Assembly: GCA_016186645.1 (NCBI GenBank)
Contig: JACPLF010000006.1
Location: 124,808 to 188,807, forward strand
DNA: 64,000 nt
Direction of reading: 5' to 3'
DNA from: Candidatus Levyibacteriota bacterium
GTDB lineage: Bacteria > Patescibacteriota > Microgenomatia > Levybacterales > UBA12049
Under the pieces are notes generated by a model. The model was not told the DNA's origin, did not search any database, and worked only from the letters and a program-made list of their open reading frames with translations. Of the stretch, positions 9,853 through 18,889 are shown piece by piece. The translations under genes and the position numbers were made by a program. Position 1 is the stretch's first letter. Every line of letters starts with the position of its first letter.

Positions 9853-9954
9853 GCGGAGTTCTGCAAAGCAGAACGAGCTCGCCTGCGAAGCGAAAGCGAA
9901 GACAGGCGTGGCTGCCGCTAATCGCAGGCAGATATGAAAGATACGGCAGGCCAA

Positions 9955-10395
9955 ATGCTTCTTGGACAATACGAAGCAATTGTTGGGGAAAAGCACAGGG
10001 TAGCATTCCCTAAAAAATTAAGAGAAATTATAGGAGAAAAATTAATAATAACTTTAGGATATGAAAGTTCGCTCATTATCGTATCGGAAACAGGATGGAA
10101 GGCACTTCTCGAAGGAACAGAAGGAAGGCCATTTATTGAGAAGCCAGCAAGGGAAACTCAGCGTTACCTTCTCGGGGGGGCAACAAGCGTTTCGCTTGAC
10201 GCTAAAGGAAGGTTTATCATACCTGACTACTTACGACGCTTTGCAAAGATTAAGGGAAAAGTTATATTCCTAGGATTGTCACGATATGTTGAGCTGTGGG
10301 ATAAAGAAATTTGGGAATCCTACATAACTGATTTAGAAAAGAACATTGACAAAATTTCGACGAAACTGATTGGGAAGGACACGAAAGACAAATGA
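9955..10395 (+). CDS. mraZ: Transcriptional regulator MraZ
   Basis: MLLGQYE..., LDAKGRFIIP, VELWD; first gene of the dcw cluster; alternative start 9934. Confidence 0.92.
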   Translation: MLLGQYEAIVGEKHRVAFPKKLREIIGEKLIITLGYESSLIIVSETGWKALLEGTEGRPFIEKPARETQRYLLGGATSVSLDAKGRFIIPDYLRRFAKIKGKVIFLGLSRYVELWDKEIWESYITDLEKNIDKISTKLIGKDTKDK

Positions 10396-11246
10396 CAGAC
10401 TTTCACATAAGCGTACTTTTACAAGAAGCAATAGCCGGACTAAAAGTTGAAAAAAATAAGAAGTATATTGACGCGACGCTTGGTGGAGGAGGACACGCGA
10501 GGGAGATTTTAAGATTGGGGGGAGGAGTTTTGGGGATAGATGTGGATCAAGAAGCGATTGATTATGTTCGAGAAAATCTCAAATCTCAAATCTCAAATCT
10601 CAAATTGGTACGGGGGAATTTTAGAGACATAGACAGAATTGCACGTTTAAATAATTTTGAGGAAGTGGCTGGAATAATTTTTGACCTTGGTGTTTCCAGT
10701 CATCAAATAGATGCACCCGAAAGGGGATTTAGCTTCCAGAATGAGGGCCCGCTGGATATGCGAATGGATCAGGAGTTGGGGGTAAGGGCCCTAGACTTAA
10801 TAAAAATTTTAACAAAGGACGAACTGAATGAAATATTTAATAAATTTGGTGAAGAAAGCCGTTCTTGGCAAATATCTGAAGCTATTGTCAGCGCCCGTAG
10901 CGTGAAAGAGATTAAAACGACAAGAGAATTGGCAAAAATAGTTTTTAAAACAGCCGGAGAAAGCAAGAAAATCTTTCAGGCATTGAGGATTGTAGTAAAT
11001 GACGAATTGAATTCGATTATGGACGCTCTTCCTAAGGCATTAGGTCTTTTGGAGCCAAAAGGAAGATTAGCCATAATCTCATTTCACTCTCTGGAAGATA
11101 GAATTATAAAAAAGCACTTTTTAGAATTTGAGAGAAAAAATATGGGAAGAATTATTACACAAAAACCAATTGTTCCAAGTGATGCGGAAATTGCGCTAAA
11201 TAAAAGAGCAAGAAGCGCCAAGTTAAGAATTTTTGAGAGAAATTAG
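10392..11246 (+). CDS. rsmH: 16S rRNA m4C1402 methyltransferase
   Basis: HISVLL, DATLGGGGH, DLGVSS.QID..ERGFSF, PLDMRMD, FHSLEDR, RARSAKLR. Confidence 0.97.
   Translation: MTDFHISVLLQEAIAGLKVEKNKKYIDATLGGGGHAREILRLGGGVLGIDVDQEAIDYVRENLKSQISNLKLVRGNFRDIDRIARLNNFEEVAGIIFDLGVSSHQIDAPERGFSFQNEGPLDMRMDQELGVRALDLIKILTKDELNEIFNKFGEESRSWQISEAIVSARSVKEIKTTRELAKIVFKTAGESKKIFQALRIVVNDELNSIMDALPKALGLLEPKGRLAIISFHSLEDRIIKKHFLEFERKNMGRIITQKPIVPSDAEIALNKRARSAKLRIFERN
10574..10601 (+). repeat. (AAATCTC)x4 heptamer array inside rsmH
   Basis: Four perfect copies; encodes NLKSQISNL. Confidence 0.9.
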
Positions 11247-11273
11247 CCCGTTCGGCAAGCTCAGGATAAATAT

Positions 11274-11561
11274 ATGAAAAAACCTGCCCTTATTATTACA
11301 TTTTTGATTGGAGTGATTGTTGTGCTCTCTATAGTTAGAGTAGTTGTCTATAATAGATTATCTACCTCTGGAGTATTGGTTGGAGAACTGGAGGAGCAAA
11401 TCAGTCTTTATAAAACACAAAATGCTATTTTGGCAGAAGAGGTCTTGTCTTCTTCTTCTCTAACGAGTATAGTTGCAAGAGCACAAGATCTGGGATTTAC
11501 CAACAAGGACAAATCGCTCTTAGTTATTAAAACATCAAGACCTTTGGCTGTTAAGCGATGA
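11274..11561 (+). CDS. ftsL: FtsL-like cell division protein
   Basis: Lies between rsmH and ftsI; one TM, coiled coil, AQDLGF motif. Confidence 0.7.
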   Translation: MKKPALIITFLIGVIVVLSIVRVVVYNRLSTSGVLVGELEEQISLYKTQNAILAEEVLSSSSLTSIVARAQDLGFTNKDKSLLVIKTSRPLAVKR

Positions 11562-11573
11562 TCCTTCGAATGT

Positions 11574-13253
11574 ATGAAATGGCGCTATCCTTTAGTTTTT
11601 ATAGCCTTGGTTTTCTTCTTTGTCTGCGTAATAGCGCGCTTATTTTATTGGCAAGTTGTGAAAGCAGAAATGCTCTCCGAGTTGGCCCAATCTCAATATA
11701 ATGGAATTATCAGAGTTTTGCCGCGGCGCGGAGAGATAAAAACGTCTGATGGATTTTCTTTGGCAGCAAATAAGGTATCCTATCTTTTATTTATTAACCC
11801 AACAGCAATAAAGGATAAAAAATATACTGTAAATATTCTTTCTTCGCTCCTTGATCTACCTGCGGCTTCTGTAAGCTCAAAAATTGTGCCTGAAAAATTA
11901 TGGGTTCCAGTTCAATCAGGCTTGGATGCCAAGAAGAAAGAAGAAATTGAGAGGATACATATTCCCGGAGTCGGATTTGAAGAACAATATTCCCGTTTCT
12001 ATCCTGAGGCATCCACTGCTGCTCATCTGGTGGGATTTGTGGGAAAAAATGAGTCGGGGCAAGATAAGGGATACGTTGGCCTTGAGGGGTTTTATGATAG
12101 GCTTTTGAGAGGCAAGGATGGATATGCTGTGGAGTTTCACGATGCCCTTGGAAGGCCGATTTTATCCAAAAGAATAGATAGAACCAATGGATCGGACGGG
12201 GGCAATCTTTTCATGAGTATTGATAGGTCAGTGCAGTTTCTGGCTGAACAAAAACTCAAAGATGGAATTGAAAGATATGGTGCTTTGGGGGGGATGGTTG
12301 GGATTATGGATCCAGCAGCAGGAGATATTGTCGCGATGGCTTCTTTTCCTTCGTATTCACCTCAAAAATATTGGGAATATGACGAAAGTTTGTATACAAA
12401 TCCATTCATTACGAATACATATGAGCCTGGATCTACTCTGAAGCCAATTATAATGGCATCTGCTCTGGATGCGGGAATTATCACCCCTCAGACGAAATGT
12501 GATATTTGCGGGGGGCCTGTGAACGTAAGCGACTATGATCTGCATACCTGGAATGACAAATACTATAAAGATACAAATATGATTGAGGTCATACAGCATT
12601 CCGACAATACTGGTATGGTTTTTGTTGCCTTAAAACTTGGGGTAGACAAAATGATATCTTATTTAACCCGCTTTGGGATAGGCAGCCTAACGGACATTGA
12701 TCTTCAGGGAGAAATAGCGCCCTCTTTTAAGCCCAGATCCGCTTGGTATGATGTGGATTTGGCAACTACTGGCTTTGGCCAGGGAATTTCGGTTACGCCT
12801 ATTGAGCTTTTGAGTGCGTTTTCAGGACTAGCAAATGAAGGAAAAATTATGCAGCCGCGAGTTGTGAAAGCTTTTGAGAATGCAAATGGAGAAACACTTA
12901 AGATTCCGGTTAAGGTCAAAGGGACTCCTATTTCAGCCAAAACTGCCAAAGTTATGACTGAAATTCTGGTAAATGCAGTTGAGAAAGGAGAGGCTCAATG
13001 GACAAAGCTAAAAGGCTACAGAATAGCCGGAAAAACAGGTACAGCATCAATTCCTGTGGCTGGACACTATGATCCCAAAAATACAATTACATCATTTATT
13101 GGTTTTGCTCCGGCAGATAAGCCCAAATTTGCTATGCTTGTAATTCTAAATAAGCCAACTAGCTCGATTTATGCGGCAGAAACCGCAGCTCCTTTATTCT
13201 TCGACATCGCAAAAGATCTCCTTTCCTACTACGGCATTCCCCCAAGTGAATAA
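11574..13253 (+). CDS. ftsI: Class B penicillin-binding protein (FtsI/PBP3)
   Basis: RGEI, RFYP, EPGSTLK (SxxK), SDN (SxN), KTGTA. Confidence 0.93.
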   Translation: MKWRYPLVFIALVFFFVCVIARLFYWQVVKAEMLSELAQSQYNGIIRVLPRRGEIKTSDGFSLAANKVSYLLFINPTAIKDKKYTVNILSSLLDLPAASVSSKIVPEKLWVPVQSGLDAKKKEEIERIHIPGVGFEEQYSRFYPEASTAAHLVGFVGKNESGQDKGYVGLEGFYDRLLRGKDGYAVEFHDALGRPILSKRIDRTNGSDGGNLFMSIDRSVQFLAEQKLKDGIERYGALGGMVGIMDPAAGDIVAMASFPSYSPQKYWEYDESLYTNPFITNTYEPGSTLKPIIMASALDAGIITPQTKCDICGGPVNVSDYDLHTWNDKYYKDTNMIEVIQHSDNTGMVFVALKLGVDKMISYLTRFGIGSLTDIDLQGEIAPSFKPRSAWYDVDLATTGFGQGISVTPIELLSAFSGLANEGKIMQPRVVKAFENANGETLKIPVKVKGTPISAKTAKVMTEILVNAVEKGEAQWTKLKGYRIAGKTGTASIPVAGHYDPKNTITSFIGFAPADKPKFAMLVILNKPTSSIYAAETAAPLFFDIAKDLLSYYGIPPSE

Positions 13254-13290
13254 TAACAAAAACAGGCTTAATAGGCTATAATATAGGAAT

Positions 13291-14502
13291 ATGTGGCAAG
13301 ATATTAAAAATATTTATCATTTGGGAATTGCTGTGCTGGCAAATATTTTTTACGGGTTTTCTTCTCAGAAAATTAAAGTTATTGGAGTGACGGGTACGGA
13401 CGGAAAAACAACCACGGCAAGCCTCATTTATCACATTTTAAATACTGCAGGCTTTAAAACATCTATGGTGACTTCGGTTGGCGCAGTCATTAGCGGGAAA
13501 AAGTACGATGTAGGTTTTCATGTTACTACTCCTTCATCTTTTGCGATACAAAAGTTTTTCAAAAAGGCTTTGGATACGGGATCGAAATTTCTTGTCTTGG
13601 AGACTACTTCCCATGCTTTGGATCAATTCAGGGTATTCGGCATTAGTTATGAAGTCGGAGTTCTGACAAATGTTACTCATGAGCATTTGGACTATCACAA
13701 AACTTATGAGAATTACGTCAAAACCAAAGCCAAACTTCTTGAAATGAGCAAAATTGCAATTGTTAACAGAGACGACTCTTCCTACAAACTAATTTTTAAT
13801 TTCAAATTTCTAATTTCTAAGTTGGTGACGTATGGAATGGGAAAAAATAGCAACATTAATCCCAAAACGTTTCCGTTTGAAACAAGCATGATTGGCGAGT
13901 TTAATGTTTATAATTCGCTTGCAGCAATTGCAGTTTGTATGCAGCTTGGAATAAAAAATGAAGATATCAGAAAGGGGATTGAAAGCTTTGTGATGCCGCT
14001 TGGAAGAGAAGACATAATCTTTAAAAAGGATTTTACTGTTATGATTGATTTTGCGCATACTCCAAATGCTTTTGAGCAAATTCTTAAATCAATCAAGCCG
14101 GAAGTAAAAGGTAGATTAATTCATGTTTTTGGCAGTGCCGGAGCAAGGGACGCAACCAAAAGACCATTGATGGGAAAAATGTCCTCAAAATACGCAGATA
14201 TTATTGTCTTAACAGCGGAAGACCCAAGATCAGAAAAAATTGAGAAGATTAATAGTGAGATTAAATCTGGAATTCCCCACTTCGCTAAAGCTTCGTGGGG
14301 CAAGCAGAATTCAGTTCAGCTTGTTGAGATTCCTGATAGGAAGGAAGCGATTAAAACCGCGATTGATATGGCAAAAAAAGGAGATTTCGTTATTATAACA
14401 GGCAAATCTCACGAAAAATCTATGAATTACGGACACGGCGAGGTCGCATGGGACGAATATAAAGCAGTAAAAGCTGCTTTAGAATTAAGATTTAAGAATT
14501 AA
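13291..14502 (+). CDS. murE: UDP-MurNAc-tripeptide ligase
   Basis: GVTGTDGKTTT, ETTSHALDQ.R, EHLDYH, DFAHTP, RDATKR, EDPRSE, GKSHE. Confidence 0.9.
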   Translation: MWQDIKNIYHLGIAVLANIFYGFSSQKIKVIGVTGTDGKTTTASLIYHILNTAGFKTSMVTSVGAVISGKKYDVGFHVTTPSSFAIQKFFKKALDTGSKFLVLETTSHALDQFRVFGISYEVGVLTNVTHEHLDYHKTYENYVKTKAKLLEMSKIAIVNRDDSSYKLIFNFKFLISKLVTYGMGKNSNINPKTFPFETSMIGEFNVYNSLAAIAVCMQLGIKNEDIRKGIESFVMPLGREDIIFKKDFTVMIDFAHTPNAFEQILKSIKPEVKGRLIHVFGSAGARDATKRPLMGKMSSKYADIIVLTAEDPRSEKIEKINSEIKSGIPHFAKASWGKQNSVQLVEIPDRKEAIKTAIDMAKKGDFVIITGKSHEKSMNYGHGEVAWDEYKAVKAALELRFKN

Positions 14503-14509
14503 GATTTAA
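14481..14509 (+). repeat. Heptamer array at the murE/murC junction, identical to 15852-15880
   Basis: a-gaattaa-gatttaa-gaattaa-gatttaa. Confidence 0.9.
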
Positions 14510-14511
14510 GA

Positions 14512-15873
14512 ATGAAAAAGATACGCTCAATCCACTTCGTAGGAATTAAGGGTGTTGGAATGACTCCTCTGGCAATTATTGCCAAAGAAGCAGGAATGAG
14601 CGTTTCCGGTTCGGACATCGCAGAAGAATTTATCACTTCACAGCTTTTAAAAAAAGCAGGAATTGTTCCTTTTGTTGGTTTTTCAAAAGAAAATGTTAAG
14701 AATCCGGATTTAGTTATAACAACCGGAGCGCATGGCGGATTCAACAATGTTGAAGTTTTGGAGGCAAAGAAGAAAAACATAAAAGTTATAACTCAAGGCG
14801 AGGCGGTTGGGATTTTCATGAAAGGAGAAATCTTTGGAAGAAGGTTAATCGGAATTTCTGTAACAGGCACACATGGAAAGACCACTACAACAGCAATGAT
14901 TGCTACAATGCTTAAAGACTGCGGGCTTGATCCGTCTTTTGTAATTGGGACTGGAAATATTTTGTCTTTGGGATCATCAGGCCATTTTGGGAAAGGGAAA
15001 TATTTTATAGCTGAAGCAGATGAGTACATGACAGAACCCAACTTTGACAGAACGATAAAGCACATGTGGCAGCATCCAAAAATTGCCGTAATTACAAATA
15101 TTGAATTTGATCATCCGGACGCATATAAATCTTTGGATGATACTCGGGAAAAATTTCTTGAATTTGCCAATCAGTTGCCAGTTCAGGGGGTTTTAATTAT
15201 ATGCGGAGATGATCCTCAAGTTAAGAAACTTCTTTCCGAGTTTAAGAGTAGGAAAATAACCTACGGATTTGATAAGAATAATGATTTTGTCGTCGACGAA
15301 GTTTTGAAAGGTATTAAGTTATCTGTTTTTGGAGATCACAATAGACTAAATGCTACTGCAGCTTTCATAGTAGGTATTGAAGTAGGTCTTGAAAAAGAAA
15401 ACATTAGAGAAGGCTTAATTGCATTTAAGGGGTCGAAAAGGCGGTCTGAATTGGTAGGTAGGCTTGAATCCGGAGCTTTAGTTTACGATGATTATGCTCA
15501 TCATCCCACAGAAATTAAAAGAACTTTGCAGGCTTTCAGAGAAAACTTTCCAAACTCAAAAATAGTCTGTATTTTCCAACCCCATACATATTCTCGAACC
15601 AAATCATTGTTCGAACAATTTAGTAGCTCTTTTGATGACGTTGATACTGTTGTTTTAACTAAAATATTTTCTTCCGCGAGAGAAAAAGTTGATCCCACAG
15701 TTTCAATGCCTGATTTAGCTACAAAAATTGGCAAAAAAGCCTTATTTTTGCCTAATCTTTCTGATGTGGTAAAATACCTAAACAATCAAGATTTTGGTGA
15801 GGGGACTATTGTGATTACTATGGGAGCCGGAGATGTCTACAAGATTAGCAAAGAATTAAGATTTAAGAATTAA
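14512..15873 (+). CDS. murC: UDP-MurNAc--L-alanine ligase
   Basis: IHFVGIKGVGM, GTHGKTTTT, EADE, DDYAHHPTE, FQPHTYSRT, MGAGD. Confidence 0.96.
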   Translation: MKKIRSIHFVGIKGVGMTPLAIIAKEAGMSVSGSDIAEEFITSQLLKKAGIVPFVGFSKENVKNPDLVITTGAHGGFNNVEVLEAKKKNIKVITQGEAVGIFMKGEIFGRRLIGISVTGTHGKTTTTAMIATMLKDCGLDPSFVIGTGNILSLGSSGHFGKGKYFIAEADEYMTEPNFDRTIKHMWQHPKIAVITNIEFDHPDAYKSLDDTREKFLEFANQLPVQGVLIICGDDPQVKKLLSEFKSRKITYGFDKNNDFVVDEVLKGIKLSVFGDHNRLNATAAFIVGIEVGLEKENIREGLIAFKGSKRRSELVGRLESGALVYDDYAHHPTEIKRTLQAFRENFPNSKIVCIFQPHTYSRTKSLFEQFSSSFDDVDTVVLTKIFSSAREKVDPTVSMPDLATKIGKKALFLPNLSDVVKYLNNQDFGEGTIVITMGAGDVYKISKELRFKN

Positions 15874-15880
15874 GATTTAA
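15852..15880 (+). repeat. Heptamer array at the murC/murA junction, identical to 14481-14509
   Basis: Same 29 bp; supplies ELRFKN* to both MurE and MurC. Confidence 0.9.
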
Positions 15881-15885
15881 TAATT

Positions 15886-17223
15886 ATGGAGAAAATTGTT
15901 ATAAAAGGCGGAAAAAGATTAACAGGCAGTATTTTTGTATCCGGAGCCAAAAATGTGGCTTTGAAAGCCATGGTGGCTGCATGTTTGACAGATGAGAAAG
16001 TGACAATAAAAAATATTCCTTTAATTTCTGATTTTATGGTTATGGTTGCAATAATAAAGGAATTAGGAGGAAAGGTTAAGGTCGTTGATCATATTGTCCA
16101 TATTCACATGAAGAAATTCAAGAAAGAAAAAATTTCCTTGGAAGAAGCAGGCAAAATACGAACATCTGTTATGTTTCTAGCCCCGCTTTTGGCCAGAATG
16201 GGAAAAGCAATTATTCCTAACCCCGGAGGATGCAGAATCGGAGCAAGGCCAATAGACAGAACCGTAGAAGGTCTTGAGAAAATGGGCTATTCAGCTTCAT
16301 ACAAAAGTAAAGACGGATTTTTCTATTTGCATAGCAAAAGTGAGCCTGCAAAAAAAGAGATTGTTTATAAATTTGAAAAAAGCACTCATACCGGCACTGA
16401 GACTCTTATTATGGTTGCATGTCTTTTAAATGGTACAAAAATAACTTTGGAAAATGCTGCTGCAGAGCCTGAAATAGATGAGTTAATAAATCTTCTTAAT
16501 CAGATGGGTGCTAAAATTTTAAGAACCAAAGAGAGAACAATAGTTATACAGGGTGTTGAGAAATTGAAGGGAACAGAATTTACCATAGATTCAGACAGAA
16601 ATGAAATTGTTACCCTTGCTGTTGCGGCTATTGTTACAAAAGGAGATATTCTAGTGAAAGGGGTGCAAAATGTTGACCTATCTCCCTTTATTCAAAGACT
16701 TGAGCTAGCCGGTGGAGGAGTAGAGCAAAAAAAAGAAGGAATCAGGTTTTTTTATAAAGGAGAATTAAATAAAGTTGATGTTGAGACCTCAATTTATCCC
16801 GGTTTTATGACGGATTGGCAAGGACCTTGGGCGATACTTATGACTCAGGCAAAGGGAGAGTCAATAATTCATGAAACAGTTTATGAAAATAGATTCGGAT
16901 ATGTTAAAGAGCTTGGAAAAATGGGAGCGGATATAGCTCTTTTTAATCCTGAAATAAAAAATCCTGAAAAAGTTTACAATTTTAATCTGTCCGACAACGA
17001 TGATTCCTATTTCCATGCAATAAAAGTAAAAGGCCCAACAAAATTACATAACGGCGTTGTTGAGATTTCAGATTTGAGAGCGGGGGCAACTTTGGTTTTG
17101 GCCGCTTTATCAGCAGCAGGAGAAAGTGTAATATTCGGCGTTGAACATTTGGATCGGGGATATGAAAAATTAGAGGCAGGATTGGGAAGTCTGGGTGCTA
17201 ATATAAAAAGAATTCAGGAATAA
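15886..17223 (+). CDS. murA: UDP-GlcNAc 1-carboxyvinyltransferase
   Basis: SGAKN, PGGCRIGARP, ENAAAEPE, YPGFMTD.Q, DLRAG, LDRGYE. Confidence 0.96.
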   Translation: MEKIVIKGGKRLTGSIFVSGAKNVALKAMVAACLTDEKVTIKNIPLISDFMVMVAIIKELGGKVKVVDHIVHIHMKKFKKEKISLEEAGKIRTSVMFLAPLLARMGKAIIPNPGGCRIGARPIDRTVEGLEKMGYSASYKSKDGFFYLHSKSEPAKKEIVYKFEKSTHTGTETLIMVACLLNGTKITLENAAAEPEIDELINLLNQMGAKILRTKERTIVIQGVEKLKGTEFTIDSDRNEIVTLAVAAIVTKGDILVKGVQNVDLSPFIQRLELAGGGVEQKKEGIRFFYKGELNKVDVETSIYPGFMTDWQGPWAILMTQAKGESIIHETVYENRFGYVKELGKMGADIALFNPEIKNPEKVYNFNLSDNDDSYFHAIKVKGPTKLHNGVVEISDLRAGATLVLAALSAAGESVIFGVEHLDRGYEKLEAGLGSLGANIKRIQE

Positions 17224-17229
17224 TTTTCT

Positions 17230-17970
17230 ATGAAAAAAATTGCAGCAATTATTCTGGCAGCGGGTAAAGGAAAAAGAATGAAATCAAAATATATAAATAA
17301 AGTTGTTGTTTCCTTGGGCGATAAGCATATGATTCTTCACGCAGTCGATAGATTAAAAGGGCTTTTGATTAACCCTATAATTGTGGTTGTAGGTTTTGCA
17401 AAAGAATCTGTGATGAAAGTTCTGGATGGAAAAGTAATCTTTGCAGAGCAAGCAAAAAGATTAGGTACTGCTCATGCTGTAATGTGCGGCTTGAAAAAAG
17501 TACCACAGGATGTAGATGCGGTTTTGGTTCTCAATGGAGATGATTCGGCTTTTTATACGAGCGAAATAATTGAAAAACTCATAAAAACCCATCAGGATTC
17601 AAGTGCGGCATTATCTTTTTTGACAATAACAGTTGATAATCCTTCGGGACTTGGAAGAGTAGTTAGAGATAATAATGGCAAAATAATGGGAATTGTTGAA
17701 GAAAAAGATGCAACCGAAAAGCAAAGAGGAATTAGCGAAATTAATCCGGCGTGCTATACTTTTAATATCTCATTTTTGAAAAAATATTTAGATAAAATTA
17801 AGAAAAGTGATGTTACCGGAGAATATTATCTAACGTCCCTTATAGATGCTGCAATTAAAAACAACGAAAAGGTGGAATCGGTTCCCTGTGGAAAGATTTT
17901 ATGGCGGGGAATAAATACGCCGGAAGAATTAAAAGAAGCGGAAAGATTATTTTTAACTTTTAAAAATTAA
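17230..17970 (+). CDS. glmU: GlmU-like GlcNAc-1-P uridyltransferase, N-terminal domain only
   Basis: ILAAGKGKRMKS, LGTAHAV, IVEEKDAT, GEYYLT, GINT..EL; ends before the left-handed beta-helix acetyltransferase domain. Confidence 0.85.
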   Translation: MKKIAAIILAAGKGKRMKSKYINKVVVSLGDKHMILHAVDRLKGLLINPIIVVVGFAKESVMKVLDGKVIFAEQAKRLGTAHAVMCGLKKVPQDVDAVLVLNGDDSAFYTSEIIEKLIKTHQDSSAALSFLTITVDNPSGLGRVVRDNNGKIMGIVEEKDATEKQRGISEINPACYTFNISFLKKYLDKIKKSDVTGEYYLTSLIDAAIKNNEKVESVPCGKILWRGINTPEELKEAERLFLTFKN

Positions 17971-17971
17971 T

Positions 17972-18403
17972 ATGGAAATTACAATAGAACAGATCAAAAC
18001 TTTTTCTTCTGATTTAACACCGGCTTTAAATAGTCTATTAAAACAGCTAAATGAAGAAGCAGAAGCTCTTGATGATAAAGACGTTATGGGAATAATTGAG
18101 TCTTCACCTAATCGCTTGTTTGTTGCAAGAAGCGGTAGAGAAATAATCGGCATGCTGACTTTAATAGTATTTCGTAGCGCTTTTGCAAAAAAAGGACTGC
18201 TTGAGGACATTGTTGTTGATAGTAAATATCGGGGAAAGGGAGTTGGTACAAAAATAATTTTGGCTGCAATTGATGAGGCTCGCCGTGAAGGAGTGACTCA
18301 TCTTGATTTTACTTCCAGTCCTCAGCGGGAGGATGCAAATAGACTCTATCAGCATATGGGATTTGAGAAGCGAGACACCAACGTATACAGAATAAAATTA
18401 TAA
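17972..18403 (+). CDS. GNAT acetyltransferase, GNA1 (glucosamine-6-P N-acetyltransferase)-like
   Basis: LLKQL, GLLEDIVVDSKYRGKGVG, LYQHMGF; sits between glmU-N and glmS. Confidence 0.75.
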   Translation: MEITIEQIKTFSSDLTPALNSLLKQLNEEAEALDDKDVMGIIESSPNRLFVARSGREIIGMLTLIVFRSAFAKKGLLEDIVVDSKYRGKGVGTKIILAAIDEARREGVTHLDFTSSPQREDANRLYQHMGFEKRDTNVYRIKL

Positions 18404-18880
18404 ATGGACAAAAATAAAGTTGTACTTTTTGATATAGACTACACTCTCTTTGACACAGCTTTTTTTAAAGAAAGTAAGCTTTTAAAACATAAAATCTATG
18501 AAGAGGTAATTGATGTTTTGGATGGTCTGAGTAAAATTGCAATTCTCGGAGTTTATTCGGAGGGAGATATTGATTTTCAAGTAAATAAAATTAAGGAAAC
18601 AAATATAGATAGGTATTTTGCCAAAGAAAATACGCATGTCGTTTTAGATAAGCTTTCGGATTTAAAAATAATATTTGAAAAATACAAAAATAAAAAAACT
18701 TTTCTTGTTGATGATAAGTTGCATATTTTACATAATGTAGAACAATTATTTCCTGACGTTTTTACCATTTGGGTAAAAAGAGGACCATTTGCGCAGAGCC
18801 AAACAGAAATTGCAGGATTCAAGCCCGATGCAGAAATCACGAACTTGGGAGAAGTTAAGAGTTTGATACTTAATACATAA
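18404..18880 (+). CDS. HAD-superfamily protein (capless)
   Basis: Motif I LFDIDYTL, motif II YS, motif IV VDDK. Confidence 0.8.
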   Translation: MDKNKVVLFDIDYTLFDTAFFKESKLLKHKIYEEVIDVLDGLSKIAILGVYSEGDIDFQVNKIKETNIDRYFAKENTHVVLDKLSDLKIIFEKYKNKKTFLVDDKLHILHNVEQLFPDVFTIWVKRGPFAQSQTEIAGFKPDAEITNLGEVKSLILNT

Positions 18881-18889
18881 TACTTTCGT

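Noticed and set aside
9746-10013. Four short overlapping ORFs upstream of mraZ
   Set aside because: They span the promoter, MraZ boxes and GC-rich hairpins, which lack stops by composition
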